Source: Ascidiella aspersa (taxonomy: Eukaryota). Taken from it: a stretch of 64,000 bases of DNA. The stretch's first letter is position 1; every line of letters starts with the position of its first letter. Shown here piece after piece: positions 1 to 13,700 of this stretch. Where the stretch lies: the NCBI GenBank assembly GCA_963924565.1, contig OZ004609.1:34224001-34288000 (forward strand). The letters are read 5' to 3'. A program made the position numbers and the translations under genes. The notes under the pieces were generated by a model. It worked only from the letters and a program-made list of their open reading frames with translations, was not told the origin of the DNA and ran no database searches.

Positions 1-102
1 CAAAACACATTTAACATCATGTTAACAAAATTGATCTCTTCTAGAAAAATCTATACCTTGTTTTCAGCTATGTGTAACGTGCTTAAAATTATTTTTTGTT
101 AC

Positions 103-287
103 CTTAAGGCTAAGAACGAAGCCTCCCTCCATAAGGCAGCTAAGTATGGCCAGCTCGGCTGGTGTTATCATTGAATCTAAATGCTCATCCTCAAACGGCG
201 AGCCTGATCTCTTGTCGCCCTGAAAAATTCTTTCTGTTGCTTTTGTGAAAACACACATCTGTGATTTGACTCCAACACCTTCAGTAT
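103..287 (-). CDS. LRRC63: LRRC63-like exon 7
   Basis: tttttgcag acceptor, DTEGVGVKSQMCVFTKATERIF...TPAELAILSCLMEGGFVLSLK, donor GTAACA. Confidence 0.75.
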
Positions 288-3200
288 CTGCAAAAACATG
301 AATTGTGTTAAAAACTGAAAAAATAAAAAAAATAAAATTTTTAAAACTTCAAAAAAAAATTGTTTTTGTAACAGTAGCGTGGTTCCAGCTTTTTAGTGAT
401 GTATGTTAGTTGGTGACCTCCCAAAAATTAGAATGAATCAAGCTTTTTATTTCTGCAGACATGTTAGATTTAAAAGTTTACTCAGTTGGGATGTTAGTTG
501 TTTATATCAAAAAATTGACATTAAAAAACTGAAACAAAAAAAAAACACAGTAAAATACAGAGACATCCAAACCAAATTTCTGAAAATTTGGTTAAATTGC
601 AGTGCTTAATTGTCCGATAAAACACTAAACTTATATCATACATCAAATATAAAAGTTAAGTTAGGTGTTTTTGCGGGTACTGGTATCTATTGATCCAGTG
701 ACTAGTAGCAGTGTGATGATTGACAGTTTAGAGGTCAAGGACCACCAATCTAAAAAACTTATGCCAAAAAAAAGTCGTTATTTCCCACCTCCCATCGTTT
801 GAATTTCATCCAGGACTTCGACAAGCTTGTCACTTGTACCAAGTCGACTCGGGGATGTTAATCCTAGCTCCTCCAAACGCTCTTGGATTACTTTCTTCAT
901 TTCTGTCAAATTACAAGATTTTGAAATATCACACAAAACACAAATTAATTATTAACGATCTACTAAGACAGGTTTATAAATTGGCAACAACTGTCTGAAT
1001 TAATCCAAAAGAAATGCAATCTTATATTTATCGTGACGTAAAATGGTAATAACACACCGAAAACCATTAGCGGTGTGCAATTGATAGGTAAGTCGCTATC
1101 GTTGGTCAATAAGTAGCTTCAGAAGGGTTAGATCACAGTTGTTACCAGGGCTGGGGAGTCGGAGCCGGAGCTGGAGCCCGGAGCCCGGAGCTAAGCATTT
1201 TCTCTGGAGCCAGAGCCATTGTTATTATTTTTGTGGAGCTGGAGCCGGAGCCGGAGCCATTTTTCTTATTTTTGTGGAGCTGGAGCCATTTTTCAATTTG
1301 TGGTGCTAAAGCTAAGAAATTATATTTTGTTCCATCTCCAACGTTTGTTAGCCAAAAGCAATTTTTAAAACTTGCCATTGAATAAGTGACTGGTGGCCCC
1401 GGAGCTGAAGCCGGAGTCATTGGGTGTGTGTTTGATGGCTCCGGAGCTGGAGCCGGAGCCAAAGGATATGAGTTTTACTACTCCGGAGCTGGAGCCGAAG
1501 CCAAAGGATTGAGTTTTACGACTCCGGAGCTGGAGCCGGAGCCATTTAATAATTGCCTGATGGCTCCAGAGCTGGAGCCGGAGCTAATGCTATTTTACGG
1601 TGGCTCCCCAGCCCTGGTTGTTACCACCAGGGCTGCGGAGTAGTTAAAATAACTTGAGTCTGACTCCTTTTTTTATAAAGTTGTGTTATATATTTTTTTA
1701 TAAATTTGTGTTATTTATCCCAATCTTTGCGCAAAAAAGAATTTGCTTGTAATATGTTGCTTTTATGTTATTATTTACTTGAGTTGCTCATAATAATCAG
1801 AGGAGTTTGTCGGTTTTCATAATTTAAAGTTTTACTTTTTTGGGCTGGACTTGAAGTTTAAGGGCTGGACTTGAAGTTGACTTGCTCTAACTATGACTTG
1901 ACTGGGACTTAACTTGGGCAACCGGTAACTTGGACTGGGACTTGACTTGTTGTTTATTCAAAAAGACTTGACTTTGACTTAAGTTACTTTACGAATGACT
2001 TGACTGGGACTTAGGTCGTTTCAAAACTGGTTACATGTCAATTTTTTCACCATCCAAGGTGATTAAAACTGATTTTACAAGTTTTGTTACATTAATAAAA
2101 GCAAAATCAAACCGATTTAAAGTATCAAACTAAAAAACAGTATTTACACCAACCTAAGAGAACTTGTCGCCTTGGAACTCTCTTGCGTTTTGGTTTGATC
2201 TCGGATTGTTCTGAAATGTTTATTCTTGATACTTTCAATTTCAGAGATGTCTCATCTTCATTTACTTGAACCGTTTGCAGGAACCTTTTAAAAAGGAAAG
2301 ATAAGTTTAATCCCTTTTGTAGATATATTCCAGAAATTCATTATACCAAAAAAACCTCTTTGTTGAAACATATTAATACACATCACTTAATTAACACAGT
2401 TTAGTCTGTTAAAAAGAAAAGATCAGTTAAGTCTGACTCTTGTGATTTGTAATATATTCCACCAACTCATCATACCAAAAAAAACTCTTCGAATACCACG
2501 TTAAAAACTCAAAAATCACTAGTCTTCAAATACAAGAAGATGAAAGGATGTGTTGAAAATTGCTAATACACATCAGTTATTTAACATAGTTAAGCTTCAT
2601 TATAGGAAAATATTAGTTAAGTATGACTCTTTTGATTTATAATATATTTCAGCAACTCATTATACCAAAAAATTTTTATTACACATCAGTAACATGTTTT
2701 TTGGTTTTATAATAGTTGTTTCTAAAACAGTATAAAATTGTCAAGTGAAAAGTTATTTTTATACAGAAGGAATAATTTAGTACTTTTAAAATCGCAAGTA
2801 CACTCAAATTACTTTGTAAGTTTCTGGTAATTTGCTCTAGATAAAATAGCTTTCTTGATTGTTGGACGCGGAGCAATCGCTGATTTGGTTTCCAGAAGAA
2901 AGTCCTCAAGCCTATTAAAACAATTGATAAAAAGTAAAATTCATTGGGTTCTAACTCTGTTCAGCCAAGTCTCATTGTTGGCCTTATATTAAGAATAAAT
3001 TTATACTACTCTAAAGAGTAAAAAAAGATTTATAATTTGAAAAGAAGTGTTTGTTTACTAAAATTATGCAATCGTCGTGGTAAGAATATCAAAGCTCATA
3101 CAGAAGTAAGTATATTTGACTGTTCGGAATAACTCTTTCGTCAACATAGTCCTTAAAATTGTTTGTTACTCGCTGTAATTGGTGTCGCGACAAAACGTTT

Positions 3201-5819
3201 TCTTCAGTCGTAAGACTGCCACCTGATTGTCGTTAAATCAATAAAAAAAAAAAAAAAAAAACATAGTCTGACTATTTCTGTATTGACTTTGATATTCTTA
3301 CTACATCTTACTACAACCTCCAACCATGATATGGAATGTTGTTATTAAACAATGTGAAATCAAAACGCACCTACAAGTTTTTACCAGGCAGTAAATACAT
3401 TATGAAGATTCTGTCAAGCCAGTGGCTATTATGCGAAAAGAGAAAGAGCCGCCAAAACAAACCTAAATCCAGGGTCCTGGTTGTAGGCTGAGTCATCGGG
3501 AAGGATGTAATCCCGAACTACTTCACTTGGTCGTCTTGGCTCTCTTATTGGAAAAGGGTCCGGTCCCCTTGGTTTGTAGGACAGCACAAGTGTCTTATTA
3601 CTGGAATTGCTATCTCCTGGAAATAAAATTGTTATAAACTTAATGAAAGAAGAAGTTTCGTTATAGAGCAGTAAATTATGTTATCAGTAATAAAAACTGT
3701 CCTTGAGTAAAAATCTAGTTTTAGATAAGTTCGTAGAAAAGTTGATGTTGACCTACATAAAAGATTTACTCTCATTCATACAAGCTAGGTTTTCTTTATA
3801 GTTTTGAAGTATCAGAACAAATATACTAATGTATACTTATCAATGTATAATTAAAATGATAAATAAAGTCTCATTATTGACAATTTGGTTTACAACCAGA
3901 ATTTTGGGAAGTAAACAGCACAAAAGTCAGAAATAACTCTCATTGAAAATGTAGATTTAAATGTTTAATTTTTAATCGCTGTCACAAGTTTAGGTTATAT
4001 TTGTTTTCTGTCCTAATAAAAGTTAGTATTATTGTTGTTTTGTTTGTATATGTAAGGTAAAACAGTCTCATATTAAACATGCTTATGAAAAAATTGAACT
4101 TACAATAGGTTCATCAAAAAAAAACTAGAATATATATGATTGAAAGTGTATCAAATAATTTACTGTTAGTTAAATAAATGACAATTTTACCTGTTGTTAT
4201 GTCTTCCTTGTCTTGATAAGGAACAATTTGTTTGGTGTGGTACTTGGATTTTGATTTTTGTGGAAATGGCTCAAATTCGGATTGCATTGTTGGCACCGGT
4301 GATTGCATTCCATCCTGAATAGCCAAGAACTGCAGTTCTGGAGATGCATCTAAATCATAACACCAGGGTTGTTCAAAGCAGCAAAATTGACCATATGGAT
4401 TTAAAAACAGGCATTTTTAAATAAGGAAAGCACTGGCCAAAGAACAAAAAAACAAAAAAGATAAAAAAAAACATAGTTTTATTAATAATGTGGTGCGTTT
4501 CAACTGAAACATTTGTGGAAGTTTTCTCTTTTACCCATGGTGCATGTGTTGAGTGTTAGGTTAGGCTTTAAACAAATATTGTATGCCCTTTACAAATAGA
4601 GAACTGGGGATCAACCACTTCCAATGATATTTGTACATTGATTGTCGGTTTGTGAGTTGTAAATGCATTTAACAATGTACATTCTACATTTGAAATCACT
4701 TTGCTTTTGTACATTTGAAATCACTTTGCTTTTGTTATTAACTTACATACATATAACACTGCGTTTCTCAACTGGTGCTCCGCGGCGCACTGGTGCGCCA
4801 TGGAAGGTTGCCAGGTGCGCCGCGAGCAAAAGGAAAGATATTGTGTTACGTAAAACATGTATTTTGTACTTTCCTATTAGGCTTAGCCCATTGATTCCAC
4901 AGTACTTTAAATAGAAAACACAATAAGACCTTCAAAGTAACAGCAGCTAATAATAATCTATAATACCATAGTATTAAGACCACCGACATAATAACAACGC
5001 CAACTTTGCAGTAATAACCACAACAGAATAAGATATTAAATAGTCTAGATAAGACATAACGAAACATAACGAAATAAGTCCAAAATTAATCGTAATAAGA
5101 CTTGAATGGACACAATTACGCCCAAGACTGTAGAAAAAGGGTATGGGATGATTGGGGGACACCTGTTTGGCGTTGGCCGTTTGCTGTCGACATTTTGGCG
5201 CCGCTGTTTTGGCCCCCAATTTTTTGCCCCTGTTTGGGCTTATGGGCAGGTAGATGGTGATGTTAGTAATTGGATTAGGGTTGAAAATATTCAATTTATG
5301 GATGGTGTTTGTGGGGTTAGATTAAAAGTTGTATAGGCCCTATTTCGGCCATTTAGGTCCTGCGATTTCGTCATTATTACGACTATTAGGTTTCATTCCT
5401 ATTTACGCCTTATTCCTCACTGTCTTTTATTCCGAAGTTTATGTTGTTCTTATTTTGGTCTCAAGGCTGGAGTCTCTTTAAATATATACAACCAAATCCT
5501 ATGTAATAAAAAATTGCAAGCAATTTAAGAGAAATAGAGGTACACCTCAAAAATTTTGTGCTCGCTTCGCTCGCAAGGTGCACAGCCTCGTCTTGAAATG
5601 TCTCTAGGTGCACCACCAAGTAAAAAAGGGTAAGAAACACTGATATAACATAATATTTCATTCTTGAAATATTTAAAGCTCATCTTACGGGCTGATTTGG
5701 TCAAATTAATGTAACTTACGAGAGCGTGACGAGCAGTTGCTTGGTATAGGGGGCAATACGGTACGAGCAGTCGACACAGGGGGTCTTGGCCTTCTCAGCA
5801 ATACACCTTTCGAGGTCAT
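103..5819 (-). CDS. LRRC63: LRRC63-like leucine-rich repeat protein, 5' part (7 exons visible; gene continues beyond the left edge)
   Basis: Phase-consistent GT-AG exons: 5819-5720, 4349-4191, 3616-3463, 2911-2813, 2284-2154, 902-789, 287-103. N-terminus MTSKGVLLRRPRPP and last visible exon TPAELAILSCLMEGGFVLSLK resemble, from memory, the LRRC63 N-terminal LLRRPxPP and the segment just before its LRRs. The LRRs themselves are outside the window. Confidence 0.7.
1146..1616. mobile_element. Non-autonomous hAT-type MITE with internal GGAGCY hexamer repeats
   Basis: TIRs CAGGGCTGGGGAG...CTCCCCAGCCCTG; perfect 8-bp TSD GTTGTTAC (1138-1145 / 1617-1624). Confidence 0.9.
1840..2030. repeat. GACTTGACT-rich dispersed repeat family copy
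   Basis: Repeated GACTTG/GACTTGACT units; related tracts near 9150-9230, 19175-19630, 36980-37170 and 61660-61860. Confidence 0.6.
2320..2680. repeat. Degenerate intronic tandem triplication
   Basis: Three copies of ATATTCC..AACTCATTATACCAAAAAA with TAATACACATCA..TAACA.AGTT segments. Confidence 0.6.
5140..5330. mobile_element. MITE-like repeat; related copy in opposite orientation at ~9295-9460
   Basis: TTTGGCG/TTTGGCC reiterations, TTTTTGCCCCTGTTTGGG and GGATTAGGGTT; reverse-complement matches at 9295-9460. Confidence 0.55.
5720..5819 (-). CDS. LRRC63: LRRC63-like first coding exon
   Basis: ATG at 5819, MTSKGVLLRRPRPPVSTARTVLPPIPSNCSSRS, donor GTAAGT (phase 1); an acceptor-like TTGACAG lies 4 nt upstream of the ATG. 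Confidence 0.7.
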
Positions 5820-7612
5820 CGCGCTGTCAATCACATTTTACTACCTCAAATCTAAAACGCTAAAGTTTTCGAGATAATTTCTCACTTTAACGCGTTGATG
5901 GTTGCTAATGATTATAAGCGTTCGTGGTAATCGCCATTATCCGTAAGTACATTTTATTTTTATTGGGTTGTTTTTACACCTCCTGTTTTAGGCAAGATGA
6001 GAGAAACTGTGATTAAAATATTATCACGCCCTCTAAATTAGCTTAATTTTACTATTTAATAAAAAGAAAAGAGTTTCTAAAAAGAGGATTTTTTACAATT
6101 TGATCTGTCATGGAAGTAAGCTTTCAATAGTTGGTTAACCCAAAGAGATTATAACTTATAATCTCTTCGGTTAACCTAAACAAAATAAGAGCACTTAAAA
6201 GAAAATGTAATTATCAAATGCACAGCACAGACATCTGGTTGCAATCGAATTGCATAAGATTAGGGAAAGGGATTAGGCGACTGGTCTACTTGCGTTTGGA
6301 TTTTTGTGTATTGAGATTTAGCAGCAAGTTGTCGTATGCTTAGTGCTTACCATTCGAAATGCCAGTTTAAGGTTTAACATTTCTAATTAGAGCTTGGCAA
6401 AGAAATACACAGTGTAATGTATTTTGTTCCGCCATATTCAACCCAATACACCTTTGTAGCAATCGCAACAATGTTGTGATTTGTTTGGGAGAACTATATC
6501 GATCGGGAATCATGAGCGGGGCAGATGAAGCAACACTTCAGATGTGAATAGTTGTTAAGGGAGATTGTTAGCATGACGTGTTATAAAATTGGGCGCAATC
6601 AAGTGACAGGAAATGCGAGGGTCGATTGGGTAGACGAGAAGTAAGCAATGCTGTGTTAGAGAGCAACTATATAATATAATATATTATGTAGACGGCATAT
6701 ACACTACACAGATGGTAACCTTAGTCGATGCGCACTTGGCAACTTCACCCTATCGCAAATGGTAACCTTAGTCTACTCTACATGTTTTAAGTTGTCTGTG
6801 GCCAAATGTTTAAATATAGGAAGCTGAGATGTCCGGTGAAAAGTAGCCTATTGTGTGCGAGTGCGACATTTTCAGTTTTTTGTAGGTCAGTGTCAAAGTC
6901 TACCACACATATATTTGTTTACAATAGTAAGGTATTTCTTAATTTAGACAAATATATCACGAGTCTAAGATAAACAGGGTGCGAAGTTTTTTCCAGCTAT
7001 TTCGTAGTTGTGAAAAAAATATCCATTTTCTAGTTACCATATAAAGTCAGAAAAACATTCTCGATACCGGTAGTGCAAGACTTTATAAATACAGTTGACC
7101 CTAAGCATGTCCGGGGAATTGGTCCTGATGTCTGCTAGGTTTTATTGTATCGGTGCTCGTAACAGATCTTTGAAATACTCGTATGACAGTGGAATCAGGT
7201 GGCACTGTATAAAGACAAATTGTATTTGATTCTCGTCGTGTGATAGTGTTACCTTTAATGCTACTTTCCTTGCGTTCAGCAAATTTGTTTATTTTGCGCT
7301 TCTTTATTCTGTGTTTATTTGCAACGAAGACATTTGGTGGCATTTTTTACTACTAGTAGTTAAGATGATCCACCAAAAAAAGTTCCTACTAACGTAAATT
7401 GCTTTTGAAATTAAAAAAGAAATAAATAAATAAAACAGGAAAAATCCTTACGGTACATTGACTTCAATAAGCCTCTTGTGTAGGTAATAGCGTTTCTTTC
7501 AGTGTTAAATGTGGCAAATAAAATAACTTGATCGCTTACTTCGATTAGCCATAAGATCAGCCCCTGTATACAAAAACACGAGTTACTCTTTAAAGTTAAA
7601 GCAAATGAAAAG

Positions 7613-7780
7613 ATGCGAGTTGCGAGGTTGGCCAAGACGGGAATCAACATCTCGCTTTGTGTCCTTCTCTTCCTCGTTATTTATCTTCTTGCTCCAGACG
7701 ACGACGACAACAAATCGGGAGCACGGGCTTCTGCGGAAGACGATTATGACTTGTACATGGAGGAGAACGGAATAATAGAG
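7613..7780 (+). CDS. GALNT: GALNT exon 1 (cytoplasmic tail, TM anchor)
   Basis: [28 protein letters not shown]; donor GTAAAG at 7781. Confidence 0.85.
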
Positions 7781-10700
7781 GTAAAGCCTGCTTTTGTTGC
7801 ATCCCGAAAGATGCGATATCTCAGTAACTGATCAAACCAACATCTAATACACAGAGACAGTGATTAAGCGTTTGATTAGATACAAAACAACCAAATCGAT
7901 TCCGCATAAATATCTTTAATCAGGGACAGGGTAAAGTTTTGTTATGTGGCCATTTGCGTAGACGAGGAGGGCACCAGGACATGTCCGCTAAAAAATAAAT
8001 ATATTGCGCGTTTCGCGCGCTTTCTGTTGTCGAATTAAGAAAGCAATTCAGCCCAAAGGAAGAAAACGAACATATAAAACAAGTGTGTCACGTATCCTTT
8101 AAATCAGGGGTGGGCAATTATTTTTAGCCGCGGGCCGCATGAGAAACCTAAAATATTGTGGCGGGCCGGGTCAAATATAGGATTTAAAATGCATCCAATA
8201 TGACGTCATACTCCGACGGTGTAAAACATATAATTAACCAATTTGTTATTACGTTTAGAGTTGTGCGAAAATGTGCAATTTAAGTCGGATTTAAAGAAGG
8301 TCACGAAACGTCGCGCGAAGCGCGACAAATTTGCGAATATGTTTGTTTGAAAATGCAAACTTTAATTTAGATTTAGATGGTACTTGACGCGTTGAGCACC
8401 GACTAAAATGTATATTGCTTGATATATTAGCGTTTATTAAGTTGTGGGGCGCGTTGACCCAAAACTTAAGATTAAAATAGGTGAAAATTTCGTACGAAAA
8501 ACTTACCTATATGTTTTTTCTTCTTGTTTAAAACTTTAAGTTACCGATGTGTTACAAAGTTTAAAAAACTTAGCCTAATATAAATATTATGCTAAGTTTG
8601 TTAAACTTTCGTTGGAGAGAGTGCCACTGAGCAGAGGACGCTATTTGTCTGTGAAGTTGCCAAACAATCCCGCAGGAGCAACACAGAAGAGATTCGCGCG
8701 ATGCGCGAAAAGAATTTCCGTTTTAGCATTTATAATTGAAAAATATGCCGCGGGCCGGATTAAACTGCTTGGCGGGCCATATGCAGGCCATATGTTGCCC
8801 AGGTCTGCTTTAAATGGAAAAGTGCCAATCTAAAATAAAATACACAGACGATTTAGTTAATATAGTTGTTTTATGACAAAAGTTGTGAACTAATTTTGTG
8901 ACGCTATCCCTGTAAATTTTTATGGACTTCCCAAACGAAAATCCTGGATCAGCCCCTGTTGTTTACTTGTGGATTGGCAAAATAGTACGAAAACTGTTTG
9001 CATATCAAACTAACTCAGTGTAAATACGTCGTTAATAAACCATTTTAACACGTTTCTACACAAACAGTTGGAAAACCAGTTAATCAAAATGTAAGACATG
9101 GAAAAGGAAGATGTTATTTATTCTATGATGAAGTGTTATTTATTTAAGAAAAACTTGACTTTGACTTAAAGTATTTTTGAAAAGACTTGATTGTGACCTA
9201 AGCCATTTAAAATGGACCTGTTTGCAAAACTGGTAATCTCTCTTAAAACGTTTCACAACAAACAGTTAGAAAACCAGTCGATCAAAGTGTTACCCACCCT
9301 AACCAAATTACTAACCCTTAAAATTGCCCCTCAATAACCCCAAACAGGGGCAAAAAATCCGGCGCCAAAACTGTGGCGCCCCAACAACGCAGGTCAAACG
9401 ACGCGTCCAAACGTCGACACCAAAACGGCAGATGCCAGACCGACGGCCCCCGAGCGTCCCATAATTATTCTGCTTTAGATATTGTTGCCTTGTAGGTCAT
9501 ATTGTGTGTTTCCTATATATCAACTTAAACTACTGAATTGCTTTTCGAATGAAATACGACCACGTCGTTCCTAATCCATCTTAACACGTTTCAACACAAA
9601 CAGTTGGAAAACCAGTCGATCAAAGTGGAAGACATGGACGTGGAAGACATCCAAGATGAAGTTCCCTTCCTCAAGAAAGGAGCAGAGGACAGGAGGAAAA
9701 TGATGGACGAGCTCGTCATCGTCATCGTGACATCAGACGACACGCCTCCCGATGACGTCATTGTCAACGTGGACGAGTCGCTCGAGGCGCCGAGCGAGGT
9801 GGCCTCCGATAACGATGACGTCGACGTATTACGCGATAATGACGTCATGATCGAGAATGTGGTGATTGATAGGAGCGAGGATCTGCTGAGTGAGGTTCGG
9901 GTTAAAGTTTTTTTGTGGATTTTTAAATTTAGTCGATTTTGGAGATATTTTACAAAGTAAGACGCGTATAAGAATGTGGTATTGTTTGAATACTTTGTAT
10001 AGAACATTGGTTTTTAACCGGGGTGACCCTGGGGTGCCATTTCTTATGCCCAAGAGTGCCGATCGATATTTGAGACTTTTTAGGAATCTGATTTTTGCTC
10101 AATTCTTACAACTTTTAGTGTAGGATTAGAGTGGAATAAATCCAAGTAAAACTTACTACGTTGTGCAGAGCCAATGTGTGTTGTTTCAGTTTTGTTTATT
10201 GTGACATTCTATAGTGATTTACCTACGGAAAAATCTTGAAGAAGTGACACAATCTATGTATTATTTTGCGGGTTGCCGCATTCGAGTGACTTCACCTACG
10301 GAAATATCATGTATTATTTTTAAGCCATGAAAGGTTGACAACCACTGGATTAGAAAATATATTTGTCCTCAATCGTTTTTATAAATTAGGGCTTGATGCA
10401 TTTTTCACGAGTTTATATTAAACATTTGTTCTTAACGCTGTGCATTTTCTTGTAAATTGTTAGTTTTTGCTTATTAAAATTATGTTGGTTATGTTCTATT
10501 ATGTAATACAATTTTGCTAGAAATGATTTATTTATCTAACCTAACGTTTGAAACAATTTGCTTTGTATGTAAGTTTTTATCATGCAAAATATTCTTCGCA
10601 ACGGACTATGTTTATCAAATTTAATATCTTTAGATGGTATTTTAGTTCCAAAGACTTAGATTTATTTTTGAGATTTAGTTTGGTTGCTATGGTTGTAATT

Positions 10701-13700
10701 TTATTCTTGATCGCAAAAGGACTTGCTATTTTTGCTGTTTAAAATGACCTTGTGTGGACCTTATAGTTATTTTCAAGACTACGTGAATTGGACCTATTTT
10801 ACGTAATTTAAAAATAACTCTTTTTGTATTTTCAAACATTTTTTTCTCAAGATCATCGGACCATAATAAGGGCACTAGATTTCTCTGATACCTGAGAAAA
10901 TTGCAGAAGCAATACGGAGACGTGGCTTGTATTAATTAAGTTTGAACTTATTAATGTTAATGTCATATGTTTTTGTTCGCTTACAAAAAGTTTAGTCAAA
11001 AAATTGGGTCGCTATTACTTTACAATTATAGTTGCGCTTAATAATTTGGTCGTCGCTAAAAAAGTTAAGAAACACTGAGCTAGGATATGATTGTTAAACT
11101 TTAACTTGATTTGGCTTAAGGTTATTTTGCAAACTACAATATTTGAGCCTAAGTCATTAAAAAAATGACTGCCTTAATCCACTACTAACCCTATTTTTAT
11201 CAAGTTCTTAAAAATATTTTCTCTCAAGATCAACGGATCGATGACGTCACTCGACGACGGCGCCCTCAGCATCGGGGTATCGGAACTGGTGGATTCCCCG
11301 AATTCTCACAACAACCACTCGTCCCCGTTCTACGGCCCCCACGAGTTGCTCCCCTGGCTAAAAAAGCCCCCGACGGACCGGGACGCCCCCGGAGAGTTCG
11401 GTCACCCCTTCGAGATCCCCAAAAAGCTGGGGCCTTCCGTGGAGCGTCAGATCGAGGAGGGGTATCGGCGATATTCGTTCAACGTGCTTGCCAGCGACAT
11501 TGTGTCGCTTCACAGGAACCTGGGCGACAAAAGGGAGGAGGAATGCAAGGTGACGTCATCACTGACTACGTCATATTCCTGGGATTTTTAGAGGGTGTAA
11601 AGTTGTGTTGACTTAGCATTTTGGTGGATTGAGCATTTTTTAATACAAGTTCTTTTTGTTAGTATTAATTTAGAATTAGGGTTTACGTTGCACTTTTAAA
11701 ATGTATTTATTTTTTCGGGAGTTTGAAACTTTGTCAATGTGTTCTGCGTTAAATATTATTTAAATTATTATTTTCTTATTTACTAAATTTAAAGTTACGT
11801 TTTGGAACTTTTTGCAAACCACCCAAAATATAAGAGTAAGGCAACGTATCACGATTCTGGTGTTTTTGTAACTATGGTCCCAACACAAAAACGCAATAAT
11901 TCGCCACAGAGCAACATGAAAAAGTTTTTTGTTCAACTCTATGATTATGATATCTCAGGGGATTAAAAAATATGTCTAATACCTACGTTATAATCCGAAA
12001 CGATCAATAAATCGCTATCCAATGATTGGAATCAGGATCAGCAAATTTCGTCAAAAGACATTAAGATCTCGTGGGACTCGGATATTTTATCTTCTCTCCA
12101 ATATTTTGATTATAATATTTTAATTGGCTTATAAAGGATTAAAAATCAACTGGAAACCATACCCTTTGTAGTTCGACATGGACTGTGATCTATAAAATAC
12201 TTTAGGGGTTTTGGGACTCGAAATAATTTCTTATTTTTCTATTTTTATGAGTTCGAAGAAAATTGTTAAGTTTTTCTAAACTCTAAAGGAACAAAAATGA
12301 ACTGATAACATACATTTCTGTATTTCTACACTGCAAAGGCTGTAATCTACAAATGGAAACTTTTAATAAAAGGACACGGGACATTTTTTTCTCCAATATT
12401 TCGATTGTAATAGTTTAATTGGCGCACAAAGGATTAAAAATCAACTGGACTTTGTCTTTCGACACAGGCTGTAATCTACCAAAGACTTATGAACTTTTGG
12501 ACATTATTTTTTTTTCAAATATTTTATTTATAATAGTTTAGAGTTTATAAAAAGAGTTTATAAAGGAAACAAAATACTTACTCATAACCATGTCGCATTT
12601 TTTTCAACACAGGCTGTAATCTACAAAAGACCTCTACCCACTGTAAGCGTCATATTGTGTTACCGATCCGAAGCCGTTTCAACACTTTTACGTACAATCT
12701 ATAGCGTGCTCGAAACAGTCCCGGCCGTCCTTCTACAAGAAGTTATCGTAATCGATGACGCAGACAAGGGAGGTATGACGTCACGCAATTCGTAGATATA
12801 TTTACTGTTTTTGTTTATTACCATATGGTTATTTATGTCAACCATTCAACCCGCTATCGTTACCTGTAGCCTACTCTAAAATATTTTTTTTCCTCCACGT
12901 TGGGCAATTCCTTAAATATAGAACACAATGGTAAAAAGAAAAATGTTTCACTCGTTTTTAACACCACTCTTGAAACAACGCAAAATGCTATGACATTTTT
13001 ATCAAGGGCTTTCCAAACTTAGAACCTATTCTTTAAAAAAAAAAGACGCCCAGATCGATCCCCAGAGATTTTACAATGCATCAAAAATAGATTAAATTAA
13101 ATTCTGTGTTAAAGAAGGGGTGGAAATTCAATTTTATTTCAGTTGTCAAGTTCGACGGTTTGTTTGCTTAATCCCGCAGACCTAAGTTAAGGAAATAACC
13201 ACTGCTTAACCTTACCTAATGTGGCCAGTGATTTTTTTGCTTGTCTATGATCAAATAATCTACCGTTACAGAAGTCTTCGACATTCTTAAGGGCGAATTC
13301 AAGGACTTGGAGATGGTGAAGCTGTTCAAGCATGACGAACAGCTAGGTGTCACCAAAGCACGCTCGCTAGGTGTCGCAAAGTCAACCGGTGACGTCATTG
13401 CATTTCTCGACTCTCACTGTGAGTTGATCTCAAACAATTAATTAACAGTTTGAATTATGGTTAGGTTTGGACGAATTATAAAGAAAAAATCTGATTTTAA
13501 GAAACATCGTTCCCGGTATGGCCGGAGGTCGTGAGTTCGAACCTCACTGCAGGATAGTTTTTTTTTTTTTGGCTGCCTTGCTTGCATTATTGATCGACTG
13601 ATTTGGTGAGTCTGTGATTGCTATCGGTGTTTTAAGAAACATATATCAATTTTAAACCCAAGCGACACAACAGATTGTATTTCAATGAAAGTGTATTATT

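Noticed and set aside
1142-1643. APAPAP / GAGAGA / ELEPEP ORFs on both strands
   Set aside because: Translations of GGAGCY hexamers inside a TSD-flanked hAT MITE.
9591-10007. Antisense Ser/Thr-rich ORF
   Set aside because: Mirror of the acidic GALNT stem exon, produced by GACGTC-rich codons.
13505-13575. Functional tRNA gene
   Set aside because: Only a B-box/T-arm is recognisable; no A-box or acceptor stem.
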